A stretch of 64,000 bases of DNA from Spongiibacteraceae bacterium (lineage in GTDB: Bacteria; Pseudomonadota; Gammaproteobacteria; Pseudomonadales; CAMLJR01), in the NCBI GenBank assembly GCA_047602265.1, contig JASGHU010000001.1, positions 3,465,702 through 3,529,701 of the forward strand. The letters are read 5' to 3'. Below the pieces are notes generated by a model. It ran no database searches. It was not told where the DNA came from and saw only the letters and a list, made by a program, of their open reading frames with translations. Shown in pieces: positions 18,461-28,671 of this stretch. Positions within the stretch are counted from its first letter, which is position 1. Every line of letters begins with the position of its first letter. The position numbers and the translations under genes are program-made.

Positions 18461-21400
18461 ATGTTTAACGCTGTATTAATCGCCAATCGCGGCGCCATTG
18501 CCTGCCGCATTATTCGTACGCTGAAAGCGATGAATATCCGCGCCATCGCCGTGTATTCGGAAGCCGATGCCGACTCGCGCCATGTCGCGCTCGCCGATGC
18601 CGCTTTCAGTTTGGGTGTTGGCAATGCCGCGCAAACCTATCTCGATCAGGACAAGTTATTTGCGATCGCGAAGCAAAGCGGCGCGCAGGCAATTCATCCG
18701 GGTTATGGATTTCTGAGTGAGAACGCAGGCTTCGCACGCCGCTGTGCCGCAGAAAATATTGTATTCCTCGGCCCCACGCCCGAGCAGATGGAGGCCTTCG
18801 GCCTCAAGCACACCGCGCGACAACTCGCGGTCGACAGCAAATTACCGCTGCTGCCAGGCAGCGGCTTACTCGACACGTTAGACGAAGCGATTACAACAGC
18901 TGAACGCATCGGCTATCCACTCATGTTGAAATCCACCGCGGGCGGCGGCGGTATCGGCATGCAGCTGTGCTTTAGCGAAGACGATTTGCGCGCAGCGTAC
19001 GATTCGGTGCGCAGACTTTCTGCCAATAATTTTTCGAACAGCGGTGTGTTCCTCGAAAAATACGTCGGCAATGCACGCCATATCGAAGTACAAATTTTCG
19101 GCGATGGCAAAGGCGGCGCGCTCGCGCTCGGCGAACGTGACTGCTCGACACAGCGCCGCAATCAGAAAGTTATCGAAGAAACGCCAGCGCCGAATTTACC
19201 CGAGAGCGTGCGCACGCAATTGCGCGATGTTTCGATTCGTCTCGCCAGCGCCGTGCAATACCGCAGCGCGGGCACCATCGAATTTATTTACGATCCACAG
19301 GCCGAGCAAGTTTACTTTCTCGAAGTCAATACGCGACTGCAGGTCGAACACGGCGTCACCGAACAGATTTACGGCGTCGATCTCGTGCGCTGGATGATCG
19401 AAGTTGGCGCAGGCGAATTGCCGCCGCTCGATCAACTCGCCAAAAATCTAACCCCGCGCGGCCATTCGATTCAGGTGCGCTTGTACGCGGAAGATCCCGG
19501 CAAGAATTTTCAGCCGAGTGCAGGATTACTCAGCTCAGTAGATTTCCCGGAAGCTGACGGCAAGCAATTGCGAATTGATCACTGGCTCGAAGCGGGCATC
19601 GAGGTCTCGCCCTTCTTCGACCCGATGCTCGCGAAAATTATTGTGTGGCGCGACACGCGCGAAGCGGCGATTGACGCTCTCGATCACGCACTGTCGCAAA
19701 GCACGGTTTACGGAGTCGAAACCAATCGCGATTATTGCCGCGCGATTTTGCGCAGCGACATTTTTACACGCGGTGAAATCCACACGCGCTATCTCAATCA
19801 ATTCGAATTTCTGGCTCCGCGCATCGATGTGCTGCGCGCGGGCACGATGACGACGATTCAGGATTTTCCCGCTCGCGGCGGCTACTGGGATGTCGGCGTG
19901 CCGCCGTCGGGACCGTTCGACGATTGGTCGTTCCGGCTTGGCAATCGCCTGCTCGGCAACGATGAGAAATGCGCGGGCCTCGAAATCACACTCAACGGCC
20001 CGACACTGCAATTTCGAACCGCAACACAAATTGTGTTGGCTGGTGCACCACTCGCAGCAAAACTCAACGACGCGCCGGTCGATTATTGGCAAGTGATCGA
20101 TATTGCTGCGGGCGATGTGTTGTCGATTGGCAGTAACACCGCATCGGGAGCGCGCGCGTATTTGCTCGTGCGCGGCGGCATTGAATGTCCGGATTATCTC
20201 GGCGCAAAATCCACATTCACGCTCGGCCAGTTCGGCGGTCATAACGGCCGTGCATTGCGTGCGGGCGATGTGATTGCGATTTCGCCGCTCGAAGCGAAAG
20301 TTGACGCAAAGCTATTAGCGAGCGATTTAATTCCCGCGCTCAATTCGACGTGGGATATTCACGTTATTTACGGCCCGCATGGCGCACCCGATTTTTTCAC
20401 GCCGAGCGACATTGAGAAATTCTTCGAAGCCGAATGGGAAGTGCATTACAACTCCTCGCGCACGGGCGTGCGTCTGATCGGCCCGAAACCCGAATGGGCG
20501 CGCAGCGATGGCGGCGAAGCAGGCATGCATCCGTCGAATATTCACGATAACGCCTACGCACTGGGCAGCATCGATTTCACCGGCGATATGCCCGTGATTC
20601 TCGGGCCCGATGGCCCTTCGCTCGGCGGTTTCGTGTGCCCCGCTACGGTCATTCGCGCCGAGCGTTGGAAAATTGGCCAGCTCAAAGCCGGAGATCGTGT
20701 GCGTTTTGTTCCGGTCACGCTTGCGACTGCCGAAAAAATCGAACGCGCACAACTCGCTGCGCTGGAAAACTTAAGCGCACAAAATATCGCTGTCGAATCC
20801 TGCACAAGTCTGCCGAATCCAATCATCGATTCCATCGCGGCAACCGATGCGAGTGTCGCGGTGAATTATCGCTGCGCCGGCGATAAATTTCTGCTCGTCG
20901 AATACGGTCCGATGATGCTCGATATCGATCTGCGTTTTCGCGTGCACGCACTCATGCTCGAATTACAACGCAGTAAACCCGCCGGTATTTTCGAGATGAC
21001 GCCGGGTATTCGCTCGCTGCAAATTCATTACGACAATCTGCGCATCAGCACCGCGCAATTGATTGCGTGGCTGAAAGATACCGAAGCCAAACTCGGTGCG
21101 AGCGACGATCTCGAAGTACCTGCGCGTGTCGTTTATTTGCCGCTGTCGTGGGATGACGAAGCCTGTCGCCTCGCGATCGAGAAATACATGCAGTCGGTGC
21201 GCAAAGACGCGCCGTGGTGCCCGAGCAATATCGAATTCATTCGCCGCATCAACGGCCTCGATAGCATCGACGACGTGAAAAAAACCGTGTTCGATGCGAG
21301 TTATGTGGTGATGGGCCTCGGCGATGTGTATCTCGGTGCGCCCGTAGCCACGCCGCTCGATCCGCGCCATCGCCTCGTCACCACCAAATACAATCCTGCA

Positions 21401-22075
21401 CGCACGTGGACGGCGGAAAACTCAGTCGGCATCGGCGGCTCATATATGTGCGTGTACGGCATGGAAGGTCCTGGCGGCTATCAATTTGTCGGCCGCACGC
21501 TGCAGATGTGGAACCGCTATCGCACCACGAAAGAATTTTCCAAACCATGGCTGCTGCGCTTCTTCGATCAGATTCGCTTTGTCGAAGTCAGTGCCGAAGA
21601 ACTTGTAAAAATTCGGCGCGATTTTCCCAATGGACGTTATTCGCTGCGCATCGAAGAAACCACCTTCAACTTGCAGCAGTACCGCCAATTTCTGCGCGAC
21701 AACGCGGACGACATCGCCGCCTTCACGAAAACACGCGATGAGGCCTTCGCGGAGGAGCTGCAGCGCTGGCGCGATAACGGCCAATTCACCTTCGACAATA
21801 CCCCGCTCGATGTCGATACGAGTGGGGATACCGAGCAGCTTCCACCGGGTGGCATTGCGGTGGAAAGTCAGGTCGCGGGCAGCATTTGGAAGATTCTGGT
21901 CAAGCCCGGTGAAAAAATTAAATCGGGCCAGATTATTGCTGTGCTCGAATCGATGAAAATGGAGATCGACGTACACGCCAGCGTCGACGGCGTTGTACAC
22001 AACATTGCCCGCGGGGAAGGCAGCCAGATCGGCGCTGGCCAAACTCTGATGGTGATTCGCGAGGAGAAAATTTAA
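18461..22075 (+). CDS. Biotin-dependent urea/guanidine carboxylase (context favours guanidine carboxylase)
   Basis: 1204 aa. N-terminal biotin carboxylase (MFNAVLIANRGAIACRIIRT...), central carboxyltransferase/KipA-KipI-like regions, and a C-terminal biotinyl domain with the AVLESMKME motif. Confidence 0.9.
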   Translation: MFNAVLIANRGAIACRIIRTLKAMNIRAIAVYSEADADSRHVALADAAFSLGVGNAAQTYLDQDKLFAIAKQSGAQAIHPGYGFLSENAGFARRCAAENIVFLGPTPEQMEAFGLKHTARQLAVDSKLPLLPGSGLLDTLDEAITTAERIGYPLMLKSTAGGGGIGMQLCFSEDDLRAAYDSVRRLSANNFSNSGVFLEKYVGNARHIEVQIFGDGKGGALALGERDCSTQRRNQKVIEETPAPNLPESVRTQLRDVSIRLASAVQYRSAGTIEFIYDPQAEQVYFLEVNTRLQVEHGVTEQIYGVDLVRWMIEVGAGELPPLDQLAKNLTPRGHSIQVRLYAEDPGKNFQPSAGLLSSVDFPEADGKQLRIDHWLEAGIEVSPFFDPMLAKIIVWRDTREAAIDALDHALSQSTVYGVETNRDYCRAILRSDIFTRGEIHTRYLNQFEFLAPRIDVLRAGTMTTIQDFPARGGYWDVGVPPSGPFDDWSFRLGNRLLGNDEKCAGLEITLNGPTLQFRTATQIVLAGAPLAAKLNDAPVDYWQVIDIAAGDVLSIGSNTASGARAYLLVRGGIECPDYLGAKSTFTLGQFGGHNGRALRAGDVIAISPLEAKVDAKLLASDLIPALNSTWDIHVIYGPHGAPDFFTPSDIEKFFEAEWEVHYNSSRTGVRLIGPKPEWARSDGGEAGMHPSNIHDNAYALGSIDFTGDMPVILGPDGPSLGGFVCPATVIRAERWKIGQLKAGDRVRFVPVTLATAEKIERAQLAALENLSAQNIAVESCTSLPNPIIDSIAATDASVAVNYRCAGDKFLLVEYGPMMLDIDLRFRVHALMLELQRSKPAGIFEMTPGIRSLQIHYDNLRISTAQLIAWLKDTEAKLGASDDLEVPARVVYLPLSWDDEACRLAIEKYMQSVRKDAPWCPSNIEFIRRINGLDSIDDVKKTVFDASYVVMGLGDVYLGAPVATPLDPRHRLVTTKYNPARTWTAENSVGIGGSYMCVYGMEGPGGYQFVGRTLQMWNRYRTTKEFSKPWLLRFFDQIRFVEVSAEELVKIRRDFPNGRYSLRIEETTFNLQQYRQFLRDNADDIAAFTKTRDEAFAEELQRWRDNGQFTFDNTPLDVDTSGDTEQLPPGGIAVESQVAGSIWKILVKPGEKIKSGQIIAVLESMKMEIDVHASVDGVVHNIARGEGSQIGAGQTLMVIREEKI

Positions 22076-23928
22076 TGCTGGCTTTTGAACAAATCGATCT
22101 CACTATTTCCGGCCTGCGCGCGCATTACCAACGCGGCGATTTCACACCGCGCGAATTGATCGCCCTGCTGCGCGAGCGCAGCAAGCAATTCGTCGATCGC
22201 AATATCTGGATTCATGAGTTGAGCGACGCCGAGATCGACATTTACTTGAGTGCTCTCGATAAGCGCTCACCCACCGATGCACCGCTGTACGGTGTTCCCT
22301 TCGCCATTAAAGATAATATTGACCTCGCCAACATCGAAACAACCGCTGCGTGCAAAGCCGTCGCATTCACGCCGAGCGAAGATGCATTCGTCGTCAATAA
22401 TTTAATTGCTGCCGGCGCGATTCCACTCGGCAAAACCAATCTCGATCAACTTGCGACGGGCATCAATGGCACGCGCTCACCGTGGGGCCCCGGCAAAAAC
22501 AGTTTCGATCCAAAATATATTTCGGGCGGTTCGAGTTCGGGTTCGGCGATTGCGGTTGCACTCGGCATCGCCACATTTTCGCTCGGCACCGACACCGCAG
22601 GCTCCGGCCGCATTCCCGCCGCGTTCAACAATATCGTCGGCTGGAAACCCACACGCGGCATTTTAAGCAGCCGCGGTATGCTGCCCGCATGCCGCACACT
22701 CGACTGCATCACGCTGTTCACCTCCACCGCCGCCGATACCGCTGCATTGCTGCCCTTCGTCGCGCGTTACGATGAGAAGGATGCCTACGCACGCGTCAAT
22801 CCTGCGCACAATACATCGAACAGCGGCATGGCGAATCCGTTCGGTGCACCTGCCAAAAAATCGTTTAAATTCGGTGTACCGCGCGCCGATCAGCTTGAAT
22901 TTTATGGCAACGAAAACTATGCAGCAGCGTTTGCGAAAAGTATTGCATTGCTCGAAAGCATCGGCGGTATCAAACGCGAGATCGATTTCCGTGATTTTCT
23001 CGATGCCGCGCGCCTGCTGTACGAAGGCCCATGGATTGCCGAGCGTTATCACGGCATTCGCGAACTGATCGATAGTAATCCTTCTGCGTTATTGCCCGTG
23101 ATTCAAACCATCATCGGTCAGGGCCGCGATAAATCCGGCGTCGATACGTTCGATGCGATGTACAAAATGCAGGAATTCCGCCGCAAGATCGAACCTCTCA
23201 TCAACTCGCTGGAATTCATTGCAACACCAACCGCGGGCACGCATTTCACGATTGAAGAAATGCTGGCCGAACCGATTCTGCATAATTCGCAGCTCGGCTA
23301 TTACACCAACTTTATGAATCTGCTCGATCTTGCCGCTGTCGCTGTGCCCACGCAGATACTCGACAACGGCATGCCCTTCGGCATTACCTTATTTTCCGAT
23401 CGCTTCACCGATCTGCGTTTGCTCAGTTACGCACAAAAAATTCAAGCGACGACGAAACTGCCGCTTGGCGCCACGAAAAAAGCGGTTGAATTCCCCGCGC
23501 TGCCCGCACGCACCGAATTATCGACGTGCAAGGTTGTCGTCTGCGGCGCACACATGAGCGGCCTGCCATTCAACAATCAATTACTCGCGCGTCAAGCGAA
23601 ATTAATTTCAAAAACCAAAACGTCGTCGAGCTATCGCTTCTACGCGCTTCCAGGCGGCGCGGTACAACGTCCGGGTTTGATTCGTGTCGGCTCTCTCAAT
23701 GACGCTAGTGCTGGGGGCGGCGCAGCGATTGAAGTCGAAGTTTGGGAAATGCCGAGTGTCGAATTCGGCTCCTTCGTCGCCGCGATTCCGCAACCGCTCG
23801 GTATCGGCAAAGTGGAATTGGAAAGTGGTGAATGGGTACCGGGATTTATTTGCGAAGGTTATGCAGTAAACGGCGCGGAAGATATTACGGCGCTCGGCGG
23901 GTGGCGGAATTTTATCGGGCGCAAATAA
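22075..23928 (+). CDS. Allophanate hydrolase
   Basis: 617 aa. Amidase-signature domain (GGSSSGSAIAVALG, GTDTAGSGRIPAAFNN) plus the extra C-terminal domain typical of allophanate hydrolases. TAATG overlap with the carboxylase. Confidence 0.9.
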   Translation: MLAFEQIDLTISGLRAHYQRGDFTPRELIALLRERSKQFVDRNIWIHELSDAEIDIYLSALDKRSPTDAPLYGVPFAIKDNIDLANIETTAACKAVAFTPSEDAFVVNNLIAAGAIPLGKTNLDQLATGINGTRSPWGPGKNSFDPKYISGGSSSGSAIAVALGIATFSLGTDTAGSGRIPAAFNNIVGWKPTRGILSSRGMLPACRTLDCITLFTSTAADTAALLPFVARYDEKDAYARVNPAHNTSNSGMANPFGAPAKKSFKFGVPRADQLEFYGNENYAAAFAKSIALLESIGGIKREIDFRDFLDAARLLYEGPWIAERYHGIRELIDSNPSALLPVIQTIIGQGRDKSGVDTFDAMYKMQEFRRKIEPLINSLEFIATPTAGTHFTIEEMLAEPILHNSQLGYYTNFMNLLDLAAVAVPTQILDNGMPFGITLFSDRFTDLRLLSYAQKIQATTKLPLGATKKAVEFPALPARTELSTCKVVVCGAHMSGLPFNNQLLARQAKLISKTKTSSSYRFYALPGGAVQRPGLIRVGSLNDASAGGGAAIEVEVWEMPSVEFGSFVAAIPQPLGIGKVELESGEWVPGFICEGYAVNGAEDITALGGWRNFIGRK

Positions 23929-23974
23929 TTGCTGTTGTGAAACATTGATGTAGTGAACCTAGGGAGATATTACT

Positions 23975-24424
23975 GTGATAGCAAGTCGTGATGAAGTAAC
24001 GGAAATGATCGTATCCACCAAGGTACGTAAAGGTATCAAGTGGAAAGACGCTGCCGAGTTGATCGGTCTTTCGAAAGAGTGGACAACGGCTGCCTGTCTC
24101 GGGCAAATGACGTTCAACAAAGAGCAAGCCGAAAAAATTGGCAAGCTGTTCGAATTACCCGATGAAGCGATCGCCTGGCTGCAAATTGCGCCTTACAAAG
24201 GCTCGCTGCCAACCGCAGTACCAACTGATCCTCTCATCTATCGCTGGTATGAAATCGTCAACGTTTACGGCTCAACCATCAAAGAATTAATTCATGAAGA
24301 ATTCGGCGACGGCATCATGAGCGCCATCGATTTCTCGATGGATATTCAACGTGAACCCGACCCAAAAGGCGACCGCGTGCATGTGGTGTTGTCGGGTAAA
24401 TTTTTGCCTTACAAAACTTATTGA
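23975..24424 (+). CDS. cynS: Cyanase (cyanate hydratase)
   Basis: 149 aa. Colinear with E. coli CynS, including PTDPLIYRWYEIVNVYG, KELIHEEFGDGIMSAIDF and the C-terminal GKFLPYK. GTG start with SD AGGGAGA. Confidence 0.9.
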   Translation: MIASRDEVTEMIVSTKVRKGIKWKDAAELIGLSKEWTTAACLGQMTFNKEQAEKIGKLFELPDEAIAWLQIAPYKGSLPTAVPTDPLIYRWYEIVNVYGSTIKELIHEEFGDGIMSAIDFSMDIQREPDPKGDRVHVVLSGKFLPYKTY

Positions 24425-24441
24425 TCACCGAGCAGATTGGC

Positions 24442-26076
24442 TCAGGAAAAACGCACAAACTCCCCCTGCGCCGACGACATCGAGCGGTCGTTGGTTGCAG
24501 CGGTTGACGGTGCTGTGGTTGACGGCACTTTGCTTACATCGACCCGAATGTTGTCGCCGCGTTGTTCAGACACTTTGAAGAACGAAACCATATCCAGCAA
24601 ATGATTCGCTTGCGATCCCATTTCCTCGGAAGTTGCCGCCAGCTCCTCTGAAGCACTCGCATTTTGCTGCGTCGTTTGATTGAGCTGCCCCATAGCACTG
24701 TTGATCTGCTCCACTCCGGTCGACTGTTCCTGCGCAGCGGCAGAAATTTCTTCGATAAGATCCGAAGTACGCTTGATCGAAGGCACGATAGCATCAATCA
24801 ACTCACCCGCTTTTGTCGCACGCGCGACTGACGATATCGCCAAACTGCTGATTTCTTCGGCGGCGACGCGACTGCGCTCGGCGAGCTTGCGAACTTCGGT
24901 AGCTACGACCGCAAAGCCCTTGCCGTGATCACCCGCGCGTGCCGCTTCAATCGCTGCATTCAGCGCAAGCAAATTCGTTTGATAGGCGATGTCATCGATA
25001 ATATTTATTTTTGCGGCGATTTGTTGCATCGCTTGCAGAGTGTCCGACACCGCACCCCCACCCTGCTCAGCATGCCCAGCCGCCGTGGTAGCAATATTTT
25101 CGGTGACCTTGGCATTTTCGGCAGATTGACCAATCGATGCGCTCATCTGCTCGATCGAGGCCGATGTTTCTTCAACGCTCGCGGCCTGCTCGGATGTTGC
25201 CTGAGCGAGACTCTGGGCTGTAGCGGAAACCTGATCAGCTGCATTTTTCAGGTTGTCTGCGCTGTCTACTACACTGCCAATAGTCGTCGATAGGCGGGCA
25301 ATCATTTCCTGCATGGCAGACATCATCTGTCCAATTTCATCGGTTGATCTTGCCTCCACACGCACGGTCAAGTCGCCATGCGCAAGCGCAGTCGCTGCAA
25401 TCAACGCCTCTTTCACGGGACGTACAATGCTCACTGTCAGCAACAGCGCAATCAAAATGGTGAGAATACCCGCTGTGGCTGATAACCCAACGATGGCGTG
25501 ACGCGCGATGATTGCCTGCTCGTGAGAAATTCGCCCTGCAGCTGCAGCAATATCTTTTTCCTGCTGCTCGAGAGCTTTAATGCTATCGGCGTAAGCACTG
25601 GCGACTTTTGAATATTCGCCAAGCACCATATCGATCGCTTTTTTTCGGTTATAGGAGGGCGAATCGATATCAGCCAGCTTAAGTAGCTTTTCAAGTTCAT
25701 CACGGTAAGCCGCTCTAGCATTCGTGAGCTGCGTAAATGATTCTTTTCCCTTTTCAGAATCAATCTTCGACTCAAACTTTTGCAGAATCTCGCTATTGCG
25801 CCTGACGAAATTTTCTACGATGGCCAATTGCTGTCGCTGATAATCTTTGTCCTCGGACAGGATTAAATTGCGCAACGCCTGCGCCTGAATCAGCGAATTT
25901 TCAAAAACCTCTGAGGACATTTCCAGTTTGGGAATTTTATCATCGGCCAGATCCAGCGCGTCACCCGCCAACACCGAGATCTTGTTGTAAGCGATTCCCG
26001 AAACTGCAAGCATGAGCAGAAAAATGACGGAGAAACCCAACGCCAAACGGTAGCCTACATTCAGATTTTTGAGCAT
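24442..26076 (-). CDS. Methyl-accepting chemotaxis protein (helical-bundle sensor, HAMP, signalling domain)
   Basis: 544 aa with two TM helices, a HAMP region ([22 protein letters not shown]) and the signalling hairpin [34 protein letters not shown]. Confidence 0.9.
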   Translation of the reverse strand: MLKNLNVGYRLALGFSVIFLLMLAVSGIAYNKISVLAGDALDLADDKIPKLEMSSEVFENSLIQAQALRNLILSEDKDYQRQQLAIVENFVRRNSEILQKFESKIDSEKGKESFTQLTNARAAYRDELEKLLKLADIDSPSYNRKKAIDMVLGEYSKVASAYADSIKALEQQEKDIAAAAGRISHEQAIIARHAIVGLSATAGILTILIALLLTVSIVRPVKEALIAATALAHGDLTVRVEARSTDEIGQMMSAMQEMIARLSTTIGSVVDSADNLKNAADQVSATAQSLAQATSEQAASVEETSASIEQMSASIGQSAENAKVTENIATTAAGHAEQGGGAVSDTLQAMQQIAAKINIIDDIAYQTNLLALNAAIEAARAGDHGKGFAVVATEVRKLAERSRVAAEEISSLAISSVARATKAGELIDAIVPSIKRTSDLIEEISAAAQEQSTGVEQINSAMGQLNQTTQQNASASEELAATSEEMGSQANHLLDMVSFFKVSEQRGDNIRVDVSKVPSTTAPSTAATNDRSMSSAQGEFVRFS

Positions 26077-26274
26077 ACCCCCCCACGCAGAGATTTACGA
26101 AATTCGTGCGCAATTCCGCGCAATATGTAAGGACTCTCTCAAAGCTAGCAGTCATCCATCATTTTGTCAGGGTGAAAGCTACCTCTGAAGGCGGAAAAAT
26201 ACTCTCTGGCGTGCCTATTAAACGGTGGTGTGGATTGCCCCCTAGCGAATTACTCAGTTATAGCCGCCGCCGAT

Positions 26275-26634
26275 TTAGATCTTCCGCAACTGCTCATACG
26301 CAAAATCTAAATACATCTCCAGCCGCCTGTTTACCTCGGCAGACAGGCTAATGTATTTAACACGACGATCCTCCACTGCGTACTTCTCAATTAGCAATTC
26401 ACGGTCAATCAGATCCTGCACGTACTTAACAGCAGTACGCCGGCTGATCCCGGGCATAAAATCGTAGAGGCTGGTTTTGGTGAGCGGCTCGCCAGCATGC
26501 AGCCACATCTGAAAAAAAAGATCGGAGTAATTCAGATCGTTTAGGCCCAGCTCTGCAAATGTATCGGTCCAGTAATCGTCGGCTCTTAACATGGCGCTCG
26601 CGACCGCGACCCGTCTTTTATTGCTGATCGCCAT
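26275..26634 (-). CDS. Small winged-helix (MarR-like) transcriptional regulator
   Basis: 119 aa. wHTH-like segment LTKTSLYDFMPGISRRTAVKYVQDLIDRELLIE...RRVKYISLS. Confidence 0.55.
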   Translation of the reverse strand: MAISNKRRVAVASAMLRADDYWTDTFAELGLNDLNYSDLFFQMWLHAGEPLTKTSLYDFMPGISRRTAVKYVQDLIDRELLIEKYAVEDRRVKYISLSAEVNRRLEMYLDFAYEQLRKI

Positions 26635-26701
26635 AACTCCTCCTTACCTTGCCCCTATCTCAACTCCGCCTTCCGGCGAAATAAATAAATCGGGCCGGAT
26701 T

Positions 26702-26725
26702 TATACATGCAATTTTGCATGTATA
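26702..26725. promoter_or_regulatory. Perfect 10-4-10 palindrome, a candidate operator in the divergent promoter region
   Basis: TATACATGCA-attt-TGCATGTATA, between the small wHTH gene and the TIM-barrel/desaturase pair. Confidence 0.5.
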
Positions 26726-26758
26726 GTAACACCCATCAATGAGGTGGAGGAATCCATC

Positions 26759-27601
26759 GTGCAATTTAAATTATTCAAAACCTTCTGGGGATTTTCTGGT
26801 ACGCCGCAGCAAGCGGCTGAGCTGGCGATTGCGGCGGGATTTGATGGTCTCGAAGCGCCTGCGCCGCATGAAGCTAACAAGCTCGAAGAGTTCGCTGCAG
26901 TACTTTCCGATAATCATCTCGACTACATCGCCGAAATCACCACAGCCGGCAGTTATGTGCCCGAACGCAATGCCACACCGCAGCAACATCTCGACGATTT
27001 CGAAGCGAAATTAATTCACGGCAAAAATCTCAACCCGCTGTTTTTCAATGTGATGGCCGGCTGCGATGCGTGGCCACTCGCGACGCAGATCGATTTCTTC
27101 AAGCGTCTCGTCGACATAGCCGATAGACATTCTGTGATTTGCAGCTTCGAAACTCATCGCAGCCGTTCGACGTTTAACCCATGGGTGACACGCGATATTG
27201 CGCGAGCGGTACCGCAATTAAAACTCACCTGCGATTTCAGCCACTGGGCCGTGGTGATGGAACGCTTGCCCGACAGCGAATGGGAGGTGATCAGCGAACT
27301 CGCTGCACATGCACATCACATTCATGGCCGCGTCGGTTACGAACAAGGGCCACAGGTGCCGCACCCTGCTGCGCCGGAATATGCGGCGGCACTTCTCTCG
27401 CACCAACGTTGCTGGGAAGCGATCTGGCAATCGCAACGGCAGCGCGGCTATTCACTCTCGACGATGACGCCCGAATTCGGGCCCGACGGTTATTTGCATC
27501 ATCTGCCTTTCACTAATGTGCCTGTCGCCGATTTATGGCAGATCAATGTGTGGATGGGAACGATAGAACGAGCGCACTTCCATGAGGTGCTTGCTCGTTA
27601 A
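26759..27601 (+). CDS. Xylose-isomerase-like TIM-barrel protein (sugar-phosphate isomerase/epimerase family)
   Basis: About 280 aa. GTG start preceded by GAGGTGGAGG. The longer track ORF (from 26591) would overlap the divergent regulator. The family call comes from general resemblance (FDGLE..., FETH, His/Glu-rich metal-site pattern). Confidence 0.6.
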   Translation: MQFKLFKTFWGFSGTPQQAAELAIAAGFDGLEAPAPHEANKLEEFAAVLSDNHLDYIAEITTAGSYVPERNATPQQHLDDFEAKLIHGKNLNPLFFNVMAGCDAWPLATQIDFFKRLVDIADRHSVICSFETHRSRSTFNPWVTRDIARAVPQLKLTCDFSHWAVVMERLPDSEWEVISELAAHAHHIHGRVGYEQGPQVPHPAAPEYAAALLSHQRCWEAIWQSQRQRGYSLSTMTPEFGPDGYLHHLPFTNVPVADLWQINVWMGTIERAHFHEVLAR

Positions 27602-27652
27602 TGCGTACGCGTAATCGCGTTGTGCGTAATTGCTATCGAATCGACACGGTGA

Positions 27653-28663
27653 ATGAAGATGACAACGATGAAAATGCGTTATGACGATGGCCTGCTGCCG
27701 ACTGCCGCAGCGCTCGTCTATGTGCTGGTGATGTACATCGGCGGATTTGCTCTTTTGCTCGACGCGCAGTGGTGGAGCTGGCCACTCGGCGTACTCGCGG
27801 TGGCGCACGCCATGGTGATCGCCTCTTATATGATTCACGAATGCGCGCATGGCGCCGTATTTATGAAATCGCAACACAATGCCTTGCTCGGCCGTGCGCT
27901 GTTGTGGATTAACGGCGCAAGCTACGGCGATTACGAAGCGATCAAACACAAACACATGCGCCATCATTTCGATCGCGCCGATGTGATCGCCATCGATTAT
28001 CGCGAGATACTGCAACGCCATCCGCTGCTCAGTAAACTCATTGTCACGCTCGAACGTATTTATATTCCGGCGATCGACTGCCTCATGCACGCGCTCGTCA
28101 TTATTCTTCCATTCACCGACGAACGTTATCGCGCACAACGCAAACGCGTTTTAATCAGCCTTTGTGCGCGCAGCTCACTGCTGCTAGCGCTCGCCTTGTA
28201 TTCCTGGATGGCTTTCGCCGGCTACATCGTCGCTTATTTATTGTTTGAAGTCGTGCTGCGCACGATGGATATGCATCAACACACCTACGAAGTTTTCATT
28301 AATCTCGATCAACAGCGCGATGCGGTGAAATTCGATAAAGCGTGTCGTGACAAAAACTACGAACAGCGCAATACCTATTCGAATCCCCTTGGCAAAGGCC
28401 TGCTCGCGAATTGGCTCGTACTGAATTTCGGCTTTCACAATGCGCATCATGAAAAGCCATCGGCACCGTGGTATCGATTACCCGCAATCGATCACGAATT
28501 GAATTATGCCGAACAGGAATTCGATTTTACCGATGTGCTGCGCAGCTATCACCAACACCGCCTGACGCGCGTGCTCAACACCGATCACGGCGACACCAAA
28601 AACATTGCCGATGGTATCGGCTTTGTCGGCGTGCTCGGGGTTTCGTTTTTAACGGCGATTTGA
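27653..28663 (+). CDS. Membrane fatty-acid-desaturase-family di-iron enzyme
   Basis: 336 aa with three His boxes (HECAHG, HKHMRHH, HNAHHEKP) and multiple TM segments. Confidence 0.8.
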   Translation: MKMTTMKMRYDDGLLPTAAALVYVLVMYIGGFALLLDAQWWSWPLGVLAVAHAMVIASYMIHECAHGAVFMKSQHNALLGRALLWINGASYGDYEAIKHKHMRHHFDRADVIAIDYREILQRHPLLSKLIVTLERIYIPAIDCLMHALVIILPFTDERYRAQRKRVLISLCARSSLLLALALYSWMAFAGYIVAYLLFEVVLRTMDMHQHTYEVFINLDQQRDAVKFDKACRDKNYEQRNTYSNPLGKGLLANWLVLNFGFHNAHHEKPSAPWYRLPAIDHELNYAEQEFDFTDVLRSYHQHRLTRVLNTDHGDTKNIADGIGFVGVLGVSFLTAI

Positions 28664-28671
28664 GCGTGAAT

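Noticed and set aside
19535-22042. Several 100-235-aa minus-strand ORFs (for example 19535-20242, 20327-20752, 20963-21370, 21440-22042)
   Set aside because: All lie antisense inside the 1204-aa carboxylase gene. None has motifs or plausible starts.
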